From Alphaproteobacteria bacterium (GTDB taxonomy: Bacteria > Pseudomonadota > Alphaproteobacteria > Rs-D84): a stretch of DNA of 32,000 nucleotides. The stretch lies in the NCBI GenBank assembly GCA_017475605.1, contig JAFVFD010000002.1:1-32000 (forward strand). Direction: 5' to 3'. Made by a program: the position numbers and the translations under genes. Shown piece by piece: positions 15,515-24,647 of this stretch. The notes under the pieces are model-generated. The model was given only the letters and a program-made list of their open reading frames with translations. It was not told where the DNA came from and did not search any database. The first letter of the stretch is position 1. Every line of letters starts with the position of its first letter.

Positions 15515-16063
15515 ATAATTTAAAATATTGTTCATTATCTCTTCGGGGGTGTCGCCCATATATACGATATAGTCGTCCCAATCGTCAATAAAGCCATTGC
15601 GGCGCATACTTAACATAAGGACATTAAGTTGTTCCCAAAAATTAGATGTATTAAGTAAAAAGATTGGTTTTTTTGTTTCGCCAATCTGCTGCATCGTTAA
15701 AATATCGGTCGCCTCGTTCAAAGTGCCGATGCCGCCTGGCATAATGATAAATGCATCCGACAATTCAAACATTTTCTGTTTTCGTTCGTTCACGCCATGC
15801 ACAATTTGAACATCTATTTTTTCATGGGCGGGTTCCTGTTTTGCAATAACGTATTCGGTGGAAACACCAATAACATGCGCGCCGTTGTTAAGTGCCGCGG
15901 ACGCAACAGTTCCCATTAAACCAACATCGCCACCACCAAATACCATATTTAACCCATTTTTGGCAATTAATTCACCCATAAGACCCGCATCGCGCACAAA
16001 GGCGGGGTTTATCCCAAATTCATGGCCGCAATAAACAGCAACGGTTTTGATTTTCCGTTTCAT
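15512..16063 (-). CDS. LOG-family (TIGR00730) nucleotide 5'-monophosphate nucleosidase
   Basis: VAVYCG...MVFGGGDVGLMG...IIMPGGIGTLNE (PGGxGTxxE motif). Confidence 0.85.
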   Translation of the reverse strand: MKRKIKTVAVYCGHEFGINPAFVRDAGLMGELIAKNGLNMVFGGGDVGLMGTVASAALNNGAHVIGVSTEYVIAKQEPAHEKIDVQIVHGVNERKQKMFELSDAFIIMPGGIGTLNEATDILTMQQIGETKKPIFLLNTSNFWEQLNVLMLSMRRNGFIDDWDDYIVYMGDTPEEIMNNILNY

Positions 16064-16111
16064 TTCTTTTTCCCTTTATTTTTATAAATTATATCATAAA
16101 ATGGCGATATT

Positions 16112-17086
16112 ATGAATCAAAAGTTTATTGATTTTATGCGGGCTTTCTATGGGAAAAAACTGGCTGTTGCGGTAAGTGGTGGTGTTGATTCCGTTGCGCT
16201 TTTACATTGGTTGGTGGAAATCGGGGCGGATATAGTGTGCTTACATGTGAATCATGGCCTGCGTGCCGCTGCGGACACAGAAAGCGAATATGTAAAAGAA
16301 CTGTGCCAAAAATTGAAAGTGCCGGTCCAAATTTTTTATTGGACGGACGAAAAACCAACCGCAGGGATCGAGGCCGCCGCCCGCGCCGCGCGCTATAAGA
16401 TGATGACCGATTTTTGTGCCGATAATGGAATTGAATACCTGCTTACTGCGCACCAGGCGGACGATCAAATTGAAACGTTTTTAATGAATTTGGGGCGGGG
16501 CAGTGGGGTTTTCGGCCTTGCCGCGATGCAGGCGGTATCGATGCGCGATGGAATTAAAATTGTGCGCCCGCTGTTAAATGTTTCACGCGAAGAATTACGT
16601 GAATATTGTGATTCGCGTGGTATTAAATATTTTATGGATGAAATGAACGACGATGCCCGATATACCCGCGTGCGTATTCGTCAAAACCGCCATGTTTTGC
16701 GCGATATGCTGGGGATAAGCGACGATCGTATTTTGTTGGCAATTGAAAATCTGGCGCGTGCGCGTGATGCAATCGCAAACGATATTGATAAATTGGTGGC
16801 TGATGTCATGGGTGATGGATTTGCTATGTTTAGTGATTCTTTTCTGTTTGACCTTATGCCAGATTTTAGATTAAAGTTTATCGGAACATTGATTCAAAAA
16901 ATTGGGGGGGACAAATATCCGCCGCGTTTGAATTCGCTGGAAAATGCCGAAAAGAAATTACATGCTGATTGTAAGTTCACATTGGGGCATTGTACGGTGC
17001 GACGTTTAGGGGCGCGTATCTTAATTGTTCCCGAAGGGGCAAAAACAACATTCAGGAAAAGACATGGCAAAATTAGAAAAAATTAA
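16112..17086 (+). CDS. tilS: tRNA(Ile)-lysidine synthase
   Basis: PP-loop LAVAVSGGVDSVALL plus the LLTAHQADDQIETFLMNLGRGSG motif. It sits in the conserved position upstream of ftsH. Confidence 0.9.
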   Translation: MNQKFIDFMRAFYGKKLAVAVSGGVDSVALLHWLVEIGADIVCLHVNHGLRAAADTESEYVKELCQKLKVPVQIFYWTDEKPTAGIEAAARAARYKMMTDFCADNGIEYLLTAHQADDQIETFLMNLGRGSGVFGLAAMQAVSMRDGIKIVRPLLNVSREELREYCDSRGIKYFMDEMNDDARYTRVRIRQNRHVLRDMLGISDDRILLAIENLARARDAIANDIDKLVADVMGDGFAMFSDSFLFDLMPDFRLKFIGTLIQKIGGDKYPPRLNSLENAEKKLHADCKFTLGHCTVRRLGARILIVPEGAKTTFRKRHGKIRKN

Positions 17087-18962
17087 AAATAAAATGAAAC
17101 GCGATAAATCAATTTGGTATTTGATTGTGCCGGCATTCATTATGATATTGCTGGGGGCATTGGCATTTGGTGGGCGTGGCACATTGTTGCCGATATCGTC
17201 CAATGGGGCGGAACCTGCGCGTCCGGTGGAATTGTCTTTTTCAGATGTATTGCGTCGTGCCGATGAAATCAAGACGATGAACATTCGTGGGTCTGATGCG
17301 ACGGGGACATTGGACGATGGTACAAAATATACCGCAACAATTACATACGATCCTGAATTGTTGGAAAAAATTGCGGCGGGTGGCGCATCTATATCAATTG
17401 ATTCATCAAAATCATTTTGGGACAAGACGGTGTATTGGTTCCCATTGTTTTTGTGGTTTGTATTTTTCTGGATGTTATTCCGCGGTCCGCGTGGTGGCAT
17501 AAGTCGCAGTATCGCCGCACAAAACCCAACTAAAATAATGACCGGTAATTCCAAGAAAACGACATTCAAAGATGTCGCGGGAATTGATGCCGAAAAGCAG
17601 GAATTGATGGAAATAGTAGATTTCCTTAAAAACAAGGACAAGTTCCGCGCGTTGGGTGCGCGTGTGCCGCGTGGTGTGTTGTTGTCGGGTGAACCAGGCA
17701 CCGGAAAAACATTACTTGCGCGCGCAATTGCGGGCGAAGCAAATGTTCCATTTTTTGCCGCATCGGGCAGTGATTTTTCCGGCATTATTGTCGGACTGGG
17801 GGTTGCTAAAATCAAAGAAATGTTTGAAATGGCAAAACGTAATGCGCCATGTATTTTGTTCATTGATGAAATAGATGCTATTGGCCAGAAACGCAGTACC
17901 CAGATTCATAACGACCAGGACCGCGAACAAACATTGAATCAGTTGTTGATTGAAATGGACGGGTTTGCGAATAATACAGGCATCATCGTTTTGGGGGCAA
18001 CGAATCGTGTTGATATGTTGGATCCTGCGCTGTTGCGTCCAGGACGTTTTGACCGCCAGGTTTATATTGAATTACCGGACCTGACCGGGCGCAAACAGAT
18101 TCTTGATTTATATGCGAACCGCGTGAAACTTGCCCCGGATGTTGATTTGATGGATGTTGCGCGTGGGACAACGGGCTTTTCGGGGGCGGACCTTGAAAAC
18201 CTGCTGAACGAGGCGGCTTTACATGCTGTACGCGTTGGGCATGTTGAAATCACAAATGCCGATATGGACGAAGCGCGCGATAAAATCATGATGGGGCCAC
18301 GCAAAGTGCGCAAGATTCGCGATGATGATAAAAAACTAACCGCTTTTCACGAAGCCGGCCACGCATTTGTCAGTCAACATTATGCGGATATTACAGACCC
18401 AATACACAAGGCGACGATTATTCCGCGTGGACGCGCGTTGGGCATGGTGCAACACCTGCCAATTGATGACAAGGTTTCCATGACCATTGCCGAGGTTCGC
18501 GCCCAATTATCAATCGCGCTGGCTGGGCGTGCCGCCGAAGAAATATTCTTTGGTGCGAATAAAATTACAACTGGCGCGGAAAGTGATATTGCCGGCGCAA
18601 CACGTTTGGCACGTTATTCAATAACTACGGCGGGTTTGTCCGACAAAATAGGGCCGGTTGCGGTAAATCAATCTAATACATGGGGCGGGCGCAGCGCGTT
18701 GGAAAACGCATCTGAAAAAACCGCTGAAATGGTTGATAACGAATTGCGTTCGTGGCTGGATGCGGCACATGGCGATGCGGTTAAAATATTAACCCAGAAT
18801 AGAAAAACGGTGGAACGCCTGGCGGGCGAATTATTGAAACGCGAAACATTAACTGGTGATGAAATCCGCGAAATTATATTGGATAAAAAACCAGTGAAAA
18901 AGCAGCCCGCAAAATCAACCACCAAAACCACAACTAAAAAGAAAACAGTTGTGAAAAAATAA
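17064..18962 (+). CDS. ftsH: ATP-dependent zinc metalloprotease FtsH
   Basis: Walker A GEPGTGKTLLARAIAGEA, second region of homology, and zinc site HEAGHA. Start chosen at the ATG at 17064 (MAKLEKIK...) after aggaaaag. It overlaps the tilS end by 23 nt. Confidence 0.95.
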   Translation: MAKLEKIKNKMKRDKSIWYLIVPAFIMILLGALAFGGRGTLLPISSNGAEPARPVELSFSDVLRRADEIKTMNIRGSDATGTLDDGTKYTATITYDPELLEKIAAGGASISIDSSKSFWDKTVYWFPLFLWFVFFWMLFRGPRGGISRSIAAQNPTKIMTGNSKKTTFKDVAGIDAEKQELMEIVDFLKNKDKFRALGARVPRGVLLSGEPGTGKTLLARAIAGEANVPFFAASGSDFSGIIVGLGVAKIKEMFEMAKRNAPCILFIDEIDAIGQKRSTQIHNDQDREQTLNQLLIEMDGFANNTGIIVLGATNRVDMLDPALLRPGRFDRQVYIELPDLTGRKQILDLYANRVKLAPDVDLMDVARGTTGFSGADLENLLNEAALHAVRVGHVEITNADMDEARDKIMMGPRKVRKIRDDDKKLTAFHEAGHAFVSQHYADITDPIHKATIIPRGRALGMVQHLPIDDKVSMTIAEVRAQLSIALAGRAAEEIFFGANKITTGAESDIAGATRLARYSITTAGLSDKIGPVAVNQSNTWGGRSALENASEKTAEMVDNELRSWLDAAHGDAVKILTQNRKTVERLAGELLKRETLTGDEIREIILDKKPVKKQPAKSTTKTTTKKKTVVKK

Positions 18963-18967
18963 TAAAT

Positions 18968-18996
18968 AAAAAGGGCATCATTTGATGCCTTTTTAT
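18968..18996. terminator. Bidirectional terminator after ftsH
   Basis: aaaaag-ggcatca-ttt-tgatgcc-ttttt. Confidence 0.65.
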
Positions 18997-19562
18997 TTCC
19001 TTAAGTCATAAACAAATAGTTTGTGTGGATATTTATATCGACCATAACGTGTGGAACCATGGCCAACATCAATTATGTGTGTCGGCTTTAATTCATCAAT
19101 TGGCACATCAAGTGTGATAATCATATCAAATTGTTTTGTGTATTCCGCCAACCGATAATTAGTGTTCGGTCCCAGGTACGCAACCCCTATATCAAATCTT
19201 GGCGATGATTTTAAATATTCAAACGCATCGCATTTTATAATTTGAATATGCGTGCGTGCGAACCAATTGGCGATGCGTGAAACAGTTATGGTAAATGGCA
19301 TGTTTTCCAATGCCACGACCGTCGCATTACAATTCCGCGCGATATATCGTGCCAGTCCGCCATATCCCGCACCAATATCAACAATCGATGTCGCGTTTGG
19401 GTAATATTTATTTATGGTACGTACCACTGCGCGACGCAAACGCTTTGCACTGGCCACAAATGGTATTTGATTGTGCGCAATGCACCAAATATATTCCGCG
19501 CCATATACGATGATATACAATTCGCCGATAAAAATTAAAAACGCAATTATGTACGCAATCAT
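18993..19562 (-). CDS. Class I SAM-dependent methyltransferase with an N-terminal TM helix
   Basis: Motif I VDIGAGYGGLARYI. Substrate unknown. Confidence 0.55.
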   Translation of the reverse strand: MIAYIIAFLIFIGELYIIVYGAEYIWCIAHNQIPFVASAKRLRRAVVRTINKYYPNATSIVDIGAGYGGLARYIARNCNATVVALENMPFTITVSRIANWFARTHIQIIKCDAFEYLKSSPRFDIGVAYLGPNTNYRLAEYTKQFDMIITLDVPIDELKPTHIIDVGHGSTRYGRYKYPHKLFVYDLRK

Positions 19563-19565
19563 ATT

Positions 19566-20825
19566 TTATAACTGAATGAACCAATCTGGGTTCTTGGACA
19601 ATTGTTCAATGCCATCGTCCAGTTTTTTACGGTATTCAATAAACTTCTTTTTATCTGCATCGCCCAGATTGCTTATGGCCGGCAGTTTCGCGGTTAACGG
19701 ATTTACATGTGTTCCGTTTTTAATTAATTCATAGTGTAAATGTGGACCTGTTGACATACCTGTGGAACCGACATAACCAATCGTTTGTCCCTGTTTTACA
19801 GCGGTACCGACAACAACACCCTTGGCAAACTTGGACATGTGCGCATAAAGTGTTTCATATGTGCCGTTATGGCGAATCTTTATATAGTTTCCATGTCCAC
19901 GATTAAACCCGCGTGCAACGACACGTCCAGACCCCGCCGCCGGAATAGGTGTACCGGTTGATGCGCGGAAATCGACCCCCTTGTGTGCGCGGGTAAAGCC
20001 CAAGATTGGGTGTTTACGTCTTGATGAAAAGTTTGATGTAACCTTGGCATTATTAATAGGTGTGCGTTTTAATGATTTGATTGCGCCATTACCGTTTTCG
20101 TCATAATAACCCATTGTGCCATCAGATTTTTTGAATCGATACATTTTTACATTACCGCGCAGGGCTTCGAACTGAACGGCCAAAACATGCCCGTTATCAA
20201 CCTTTTGTCCGTCTGAAAAGTTTTCTTCGTATAAAACAGAAAAGTGTTGTCCCGCACGAACATCGCGTTCAAAGTCCATTTCAAATGCCAATAAATCATA
20301 CACATCAATCAAAATGCCCGCCGGAATACCCGCACGAACACCCGCCAGATAAAAACTGTCGCCGTTTTTGATTTCGCCCGATTTATATACCGCGCGTGTA
20401 TCGCGTTCTATTTCAATTGTATTACAATTCCAACCGCCATTTTCGCCACATGTTAATTCAACCTGTTTCCATGGGGACGGTATAAGAACAATTTTAGACA
20501 CCGGCGCATCGGTTGTGGCGCGCACGAATTCTATTTTATCGCTGTCTGCGCGCAGGGTGGAAATACCCGCACTTTTCTTTAATGCGTCCGAAATTGCGTT
20601 CACATCAGAATTATTCAACCCCTGGTCAATCAATAATTTCCCCAATGTATCGCCAGACGCGACAACAACAACAGTTTTACATTCATCACTTGATGTGGGG
20701 GTAATTGTTCGTGTTCCTGGGTGTAATACAACGACAAAAATCGCGACAAGCGATAACACAATTGCCAAAACCATCACCAATCGGGACAGCATGGATGCAT
20801 TTATAATATCTTTTGCTTTTTTCAT
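19566..20825 (-). CDS. M23-family peptidoglycan endopeptidase
   Basis: HKGVDFRASTGTPI...GHGNYIKIRH...GSTGMSTGPHLHYEL. N-terminal TM/signal anchor. The ATG at 20825 is preferred over the TTG at 20861 used by the ORF track. Confidence 0.88.
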   Translation of the reverse strand: MKKAKDIINASMLSRLVMVLAIVLSLVAIFVVVLHPGTRTITPTSSDECKTVVVVASGDTLGKLLIDQGLNNSDVNAISDALKKSAGISTLRADSDKIEFVRATTDAPVSKIVLIPSPWKQVELTCGENGGWNCNTIEIERDTRAVYKSGEIKNGDSFYLAGVRAGIPAGILIDVYDLLAFEMDFERDVRAGQHFSVLYEENFSDGQKVDNGHVLAVQFEALRGNVKMYRFKKSDGTMGYYDENGNGAIKSLKRTPINNAKVTSNFSSRRKHPILGFTRAHKGVDFRASTGTPIPAAGSGRVVARGFNRGHGNYIKIRHNGTYETLYAHMSKFAKGVVVGTAVKQGQTIGYVGSTGMSTGPHLHYELIKNGTHVNPLTAKLPAISNLGDADKKKFIEYRKKLDDGIEQLSKNPDWFIQL

Positions 20826-20846
20826 AGGGGCAATTATAATAGTTTT

Positions 20847-21617
20847 ATGAAAATAAATCAAGCGTTCGCAATTTTATCATCGGCATCTGATGCGCATACG
20901 GCGCGTATAATAACCGAACATTTCGGTAAAATGTCGCGGTTTGCCGTCTGGCGTGCGGCGCGTTGCCTGCGGCGTGGGGTGCCGGTTGCCAAAATAATAC
21001 ACGAAAAGTGGTTTTATGGCATACCATTTTATACCAATCGGCATACTTTGGACCCGCGGCCCGATACAGAAACCCTGGTGGAATCGGTGCTGGGTGATTG
21101 GCGCGGTGTGAACGGTGTGCGTATACTGGATATGGGAACCGGAACGGGTTGCATTATAATTTCTGTTTTGAAAAACATACCGAACGCATCTGGGGTTGCG
21201 ATTGATGTGTCGCGCCGGGCATTGCGTGTTGCGCGCAAAAACGCGCAAAGGCATGAAATGGGGGCGCGCATGGATATTGTGCGGGGAACATTTTTAACCC
21301 CCAATATTCATCACGAACAATTTGATATAATTGTGTCTAATCCGCCATATATTGCGCCCGGGGATACACGTGTAAATGCCGGTGCGACATTTGATCCAAA
21401 AATCGCACTTTACGCGGAAAATAATGGGTTGTGCGCATATGAACAAATTGCGGATACCGCGCGGTCGTATATAAAGCCCGGCGGCTTAATCTATCTTGAA
21501 ATTGGAAGCGGTATGTCGCGTGCGGTGCGTGGAATCTTTGCGCGAATGGGGTGGAAATTTGTGCGTGCCGATAAAGATTTAACTGGTAAAATACGCGTGT
21601 TAGTATTTAGTCTATAA
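20847..21617 (+). CDS. prmC: Release-factor glutamine N5-methyltransferase PrmC/HemK
   Basis: LDPRPDTETLVE, ILDMGTGTGCI and IIVSNPPYI (NPPY motif). Confidence 0.88.
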   Translation: MKINQAFAILSSASDAHTARIITEHFGKMSRFAVWRAARCLRRGVPVAKIIHEKWFYGIPFYTNRHTLDPRPDTETLVESVLGDWRGVNGVRILDMGTGTGCIIISVLKNIPNASGVAIDVSRRALRVARKNAQRHEMGARMDIVRGTFLTPNIHHEQFDIIVSNPPYIAPGDTRVNAGATFDPKIALYAENNGLCAYEQIADTARSYIKPGGLIYLEIGSGMSRAVRGIFARMGWKFVRADKDLTGKIRVLVFSL

Positions 21618-22332
21618 AATCAAAATTGCGAATTTTTATGTTGCCATGCGTGGCATTCGGCACAACAATAATCTTTTCCCCGCGTAACCATTTTTCCGAT
21701 AGTGTTTTTGGCACTATTTTATCGCGTTCGGCAATATAATGTGTCGCCGACACACGCGGCAACCTGTACATGTTAAGTGAATGTACAAGCGGTTCATCAT
21801 TAAAATATTTGGTCCAGTCGGCATGATTTAATACGCCGGCAATTGTTATCCATTTTTTGACATTTATTTCGCTATGATTTTGTATAATTAACCCCGAAAT
21901 CATCGCCCCACCGGAATAGCCGACAAGTATAACAGGGCGTGTGCCGGCGATGGTTTTTATTGCGTTTGCAACGGAATCTACCATCGCGGTTGAAAAGCGA
22001 CCAGTGGTCCAATCACGCAAATTACATTTTTCATCCATCACAAATTGACATGGTCGCGCAACATAGGCAACATTTGGCGCATCGTCCGCCGCCGCCATAT
22101 CGCGCACCAGGTGTGATTTTGGTGTTGGGTTGTTGGTCGGGTTTCCGGCCTTATCAAATGCGTGGCCGTCGCCTTCGATATAAATATGAAGTGGGGCGGT
22201 TTGGTCTGTGATTTTCTGTATCGTTGCGACAGCGTACAAATCGGGGCGATTGGGCGCAACAACAATCATGTTATCGCCCGAACCGATGCCCGCACAGCCC
22301 GCCAATAAAAACGCAATAATCACCCGCCACAT
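21607..22332 (-). CDS. Alpha/beta-hydrolase lipoprotein
   Basis: Lipobox FLLAGC and nucleophile elbow VGYSGG. Confidence 0.6.
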   Translation of the reverse strand: MWRVIIAFLLAGCAGIGSGDNMIVVAPNRPDLYAVATIQKITDQTAPLHIYIEGDGHAFDKAGNPTNNPTPKSHLVRDMAAADDAPNVAYVARPCQFVMDEKCNLRDWTTGRFSTAMVDSVANAIKTIAGTRPVILVGYSGGAMISGLIIQNHSEINVKKWITIAGVLNHADWTKYFNDEPLVHSLNMYRLPRVSATHYIAERDKIVPKTLSEKWLRGEKIIVVPNATHGNIKIRNFDFID

Positions 22333-22372
22333 GATTTGATTGTAAAATGTGGTGCCGCAAAAGAAAAGAGTT

Positions 22373-23293
22373 TTATTTTTCGCTTAAATACTTTTTCTTT
22401 TGTGCGCTTATCATTGGTCGCATAAATACTGGTGATGAATATATCAACGTGTCCCAATCTTGTTCGCTAAATTGCGCCTTTAACTTCTGCATTTTTTCGG
22501 TGTTTTCCCGATCCCTTTTACCAGACATCGCCGAATCTCCGGCCTCCAATGCCAATTCGTGATATTGTTCCAGTAAAGATTTTTCCTTTGGCTCAATACG
22601 TTGTTTTAGTTCTTTTACACCCTGGGCGCGTTCCCATGGTGTTGTCCCATCACAATCGTAGTGGATTGGTTCAAAATCTTCGCGTTCTATACCGGCGCAC
22701 ATACTGCCAATTTTATGTTCTGCTTGTTCTTCCATTTGTTCGCAAAACTTATCGTGTTCCCACCAGTAATTCAGCATAAGTGTTTTTAATGCATCGTCAC
22801 ATGGTTCGCTGGCTCTTTTTCGCGCGATTTTACATATTTCGCCATAATACCACATTTGGCTGCCCGGGTCGGTATTAAAGCGCATCCAGACAGTATCACT
22901 GTCAAGCCAATCGCGATGGATAGATTGCAAATTATGGGTCTTGTCTGCGAATATAACTGCCTGGACATCTGCGTCTTGGCATTTACGCAATGCCGCAATA
23001 GTGTGTTTTTTACGTTCCATCCAAGATTGAGATTTGTCGGCTTCGGAACACGCGCGAACAATGTCGGCAACGCGTTTGCCAAAGTTTTTTACCAGTTCCG
23101 CGTATGTGGTGTTGGTGTCTTCCAATGTGTCGTGCAGTATGCCCGCAACGATTGCGTTTTCTGATGCCCCGGCGCGTATCAGCATTTCCATAACCCCCAA
23201 TGGATGAACAAGGTATGGTATAATGGTTCCCTTGCGCACTTGTGTCGAGTGTTTTTTTGCCGCAAATAAAACGGCGCGTTGAATTTTATTCAT
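22373..23293 (-). CDS. HD-domain protein (RelA/SpoT-type (p)ppGpp-hydrolase-like HD_4) with a C-terminal extension of unknown function
   Basis: KKHSTQVRKGTIIPYLVHPLGV...AGILHDTLEDT...FGKRVADIV. The ATG at 23293 follows an aaggaaac RBS. Confidence 0.75.
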   Translation of the reverse strand: MNKIQRAVLFAAKKHSTQVRKGTIIPYLVHPLGVMEMLIRAGASENAIVAGILHDTLEDTNTTYAELVKNFGKRVADIVRACSEADKSQSWMERKKHTIAALRKCQDADVQAVIFADKTHNLQSIHRDWLDSDTVWMRFNTDPGSQMWYYGEICKIARKRASEPCDDALKTLMLNYWWEHDKFCEQMEEQAEHKIGSMCAGIEREDFEPIHYDCDGTTPWERAQGVKELKQRIEPKEKSLLEQYHELALEAGDSAMSGKRDRENTEKMQKLKAQFSEQDWDTLIYSSPVFMRPMISAQKKKYLSEK

Positions 23294-23495
23294 GTTTGTT
23301 TCCTTTTGGTTTAGATTTCGGAAACCACAACACGACACACCATCGGTGCCCCGCGTGGCAACCGAAAAGTTTGATGAGATTTTTTTGTTTGAGATTTTGT
23401 GGGATTATCAACCGGTGTCATATCACCACCCCACGCATACTATTATAGTGAAAATAATTTTGTTTTCAAGTGGGGGCGAAGTTGGAATATTTTTC

Positions 23496-23523
23496 TTGCA
23501 ATCGGTATTTTTTAAGATAGAAT
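23496..23523 (+). promoter_or_regulatory. Sigma70-like promoter for tRNA-Arg (TTGCAA-16 nt-TAGAAT)
   Basis: ttgcaa at 23496-23501 and tagaat at 23518-23523, 12 nt upstream of the tRNA 5' end. Confidence 0.45.
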
Positions 23524-23534
23524 ATAACACCGTT

Positions 23535-23611
23535 GCGCCCATGGCTCAATTGGATAGAGCATCTGACTACGGATCAGAAGGTTGAGGGTTCGAATCCTTC
23601 TGGGCGCGCCA
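23535..23611 (+). tRNA. tRNA-Arg (anticodon ACG), CCA encoded
   Basis: Manual cloverleaf: acceptor gcgccca/tgggcgc, D stem gctc/gagc, anticodon stem tctga/tcaga with loop ctACGga, T arm gaggg-ttcgaat-ccttc, discriminator g, then cca. Confidence 0.9.
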
Positions 23612-23619
23612 GGTTTAAT

Positions 23620-23649
23620 AAAAAACACCACCTTGTGTGGTGTTTTTTA
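23620..23649 (+). terminator. Terminator after tRNA-Arg
   Basis: acaccac / cttgt / gtggtgt followed by tttttt. Confidence 0.7.
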
Positions 23650-23785
23650 TTAAATATTCTTGATGTCGCCCAGAAGGATGGGTCAGAGTGTCCAAAGGAC
23701 ACGCATGACCAATACGCAGATGAATAATTAAAAAAAATCTTAAAAAATCGACCGAGAGAGATTTTTTTGATTTTTATTATTATTC

Positions 23786-23813
23786 ATCAAGGGGGAATGA
23801 ATGGGCGCGCCAG
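23786..23813 (+). repeat. 28-bp direct repeat copy 1, ending in a 12-nt copy of the tRNA-Arg 3' end (tgggcgcgccag)
   Basis: atcaagggggaatgaatgggcgcgccag is identical to 24008-24035. It is followed by the hairpin acacggc-tttt-gccgtgt and a T run (23823-23847). Confidence 0.85.
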
Positions 23814-23852
23814 AATAAAACAACACGGCTTTTGCCGTGTTTTTTTATTCTC

Positions 23853-23880
23853 TGGTCGCCCCAGGATTTGAACCCGGTCA
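23853..23880 (-). pseudogene. Orphan tRNA 3'-half-like fragment (T arm plus acceptor strand)
   Basis: The minus strand reads ccggg-ttcaaat-cctgg-ggcgacc-a. I found no matching 5' acceptor strand, D arm or anticodon arm upstream. Confidence 0.4.
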
Positions 23881-24007
23881 AGTTGCGCAGCAACGCAGGG
23901 TTCGAAAACAAGTAGATTTGATAAACGCAGTGCAATCAAATCGTCACGGTTTGCGCGCAGGCATTTATGCCGAGCGAATCCTTCTGGACATGCTTTTATT
24001 TTTGTTT

Positions 24008-24035
24008 ATCAAGGGGGAATGAATGGGCGCGCCAG
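24008..24035 (+). repeat. 28-bp direct repeat copy 2, ending in a copy of the tRNA-Arg 3' end
   Basis: It is preceded at 23975-23987 by cgaatccttctgg (matching tRNA positions 23591-23603) and followed by gtttaataaaaaa plus a hairpin, as after the real tRNA. Confidence 0.85.
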
Positions 24036-24078
24036 GTTTAATAAAAAAACACCGTCTTTTGCGGTGTTTTTATTTTTC

Positions 24079-24645
24079 CTAAAATCCCATATGTATTCCG
24101 CCGGTGGTAATAAGGTTGCCGTCCGATCCTGCGTCCGCAGTTGTCAAATAGCGCACGCCAAAATCGGCATAGATTCCGGCAATTATATTCAAACTTATAC
24201 CCGCCGATGCACCATATGTAAATGTGCTGTGGCTTTCGGTGGGGGCGGTCCATGGGCTTTTTAGTGTTGTGTCGTAATTGGTAACACCGGCACTTATACC
24301 GGCATAGATACTGGAACTAAAACCCGTTGGCTGAAACGAAGCGACAATGTTACCCATATAGATTTTTGTTTTTGTGTCGTATTCATATTTTATGCCGCCA
24401 ACATCGTTTTTAAATGTATAGTCGCCCATCGCATATTCAATGCCGTTGCGCATTGAAATATTTGGTGTTAACGCGTATTGTATACCACCGTTTACAGTCC
24501 AGAGCATGTTATATGCCGTTGATGCGTGGCGACCGTTGTTCTGGATACCACTGGTCATGCCGGCGGAAAGATATGGGGTTAGTGCGCGTGCCATGGTTGG
24601 CATTGTCGCGCCAACAAGACATAGAAATAGTGTTATGTGTTTCAT
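24079..24645 (-). CDS. Small outer-membrane beta-barrel protein (OmpA-like/OMP_b-brl family)
   Basis: Signal peptide MKHITLFLCLVGATMPTMARA, an alternating amphipathic beta pattern, and the terminal ...GGIHMGF (C-terminal Phe). The hairpin at 24049-24071 serves as its terminator. Confidence 0.75.
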   Translation of the reverse strand: MKHITLFLCLVGATMPTMARALTPYLSAGMTSGIQNNGRHASTAYNMLWTVNGGIQYALTPNISMRNGIEYAMGDYTFKNDVGGIKYEYDTKTKIYMGNIVASFQPTGFSSSIYAGISAGVTNYDTTLKSPWTAPTESHSTFTYGASAGISLNIIAGIYADFGVRYLTTADAGSDGNLITTGGIHMGF

Positions 24646-24647
24646 AC

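Noticed and set aside
17021-17863. 280-aa ORF antisense to ftsH. Similar cases are 25273-26151 (292 aa) antisense to htpX, and 13147-13918 and 8642-9067 antisense to groEL and the membrane protein.
   Set aside because: The opposite-strand genes have unambiguous conserved motifs. These antisense ORFs are compositional shadows.
23650-24000. Possible two-piece (permuted) tmRNA or a second tRNA gene, suggested by tRNA-like T-arm/acceptor fragments on both strands.
   Set aside because: I could not build a complete cloverleaf: there is no 5' acceptor partner and no 7-nt anticodon loop. There is also no tag ORF ending in ...LAA/stop and no ...CCACCA terminus. I treat these as tRNA-end remnants. ARAGORN would settle it.
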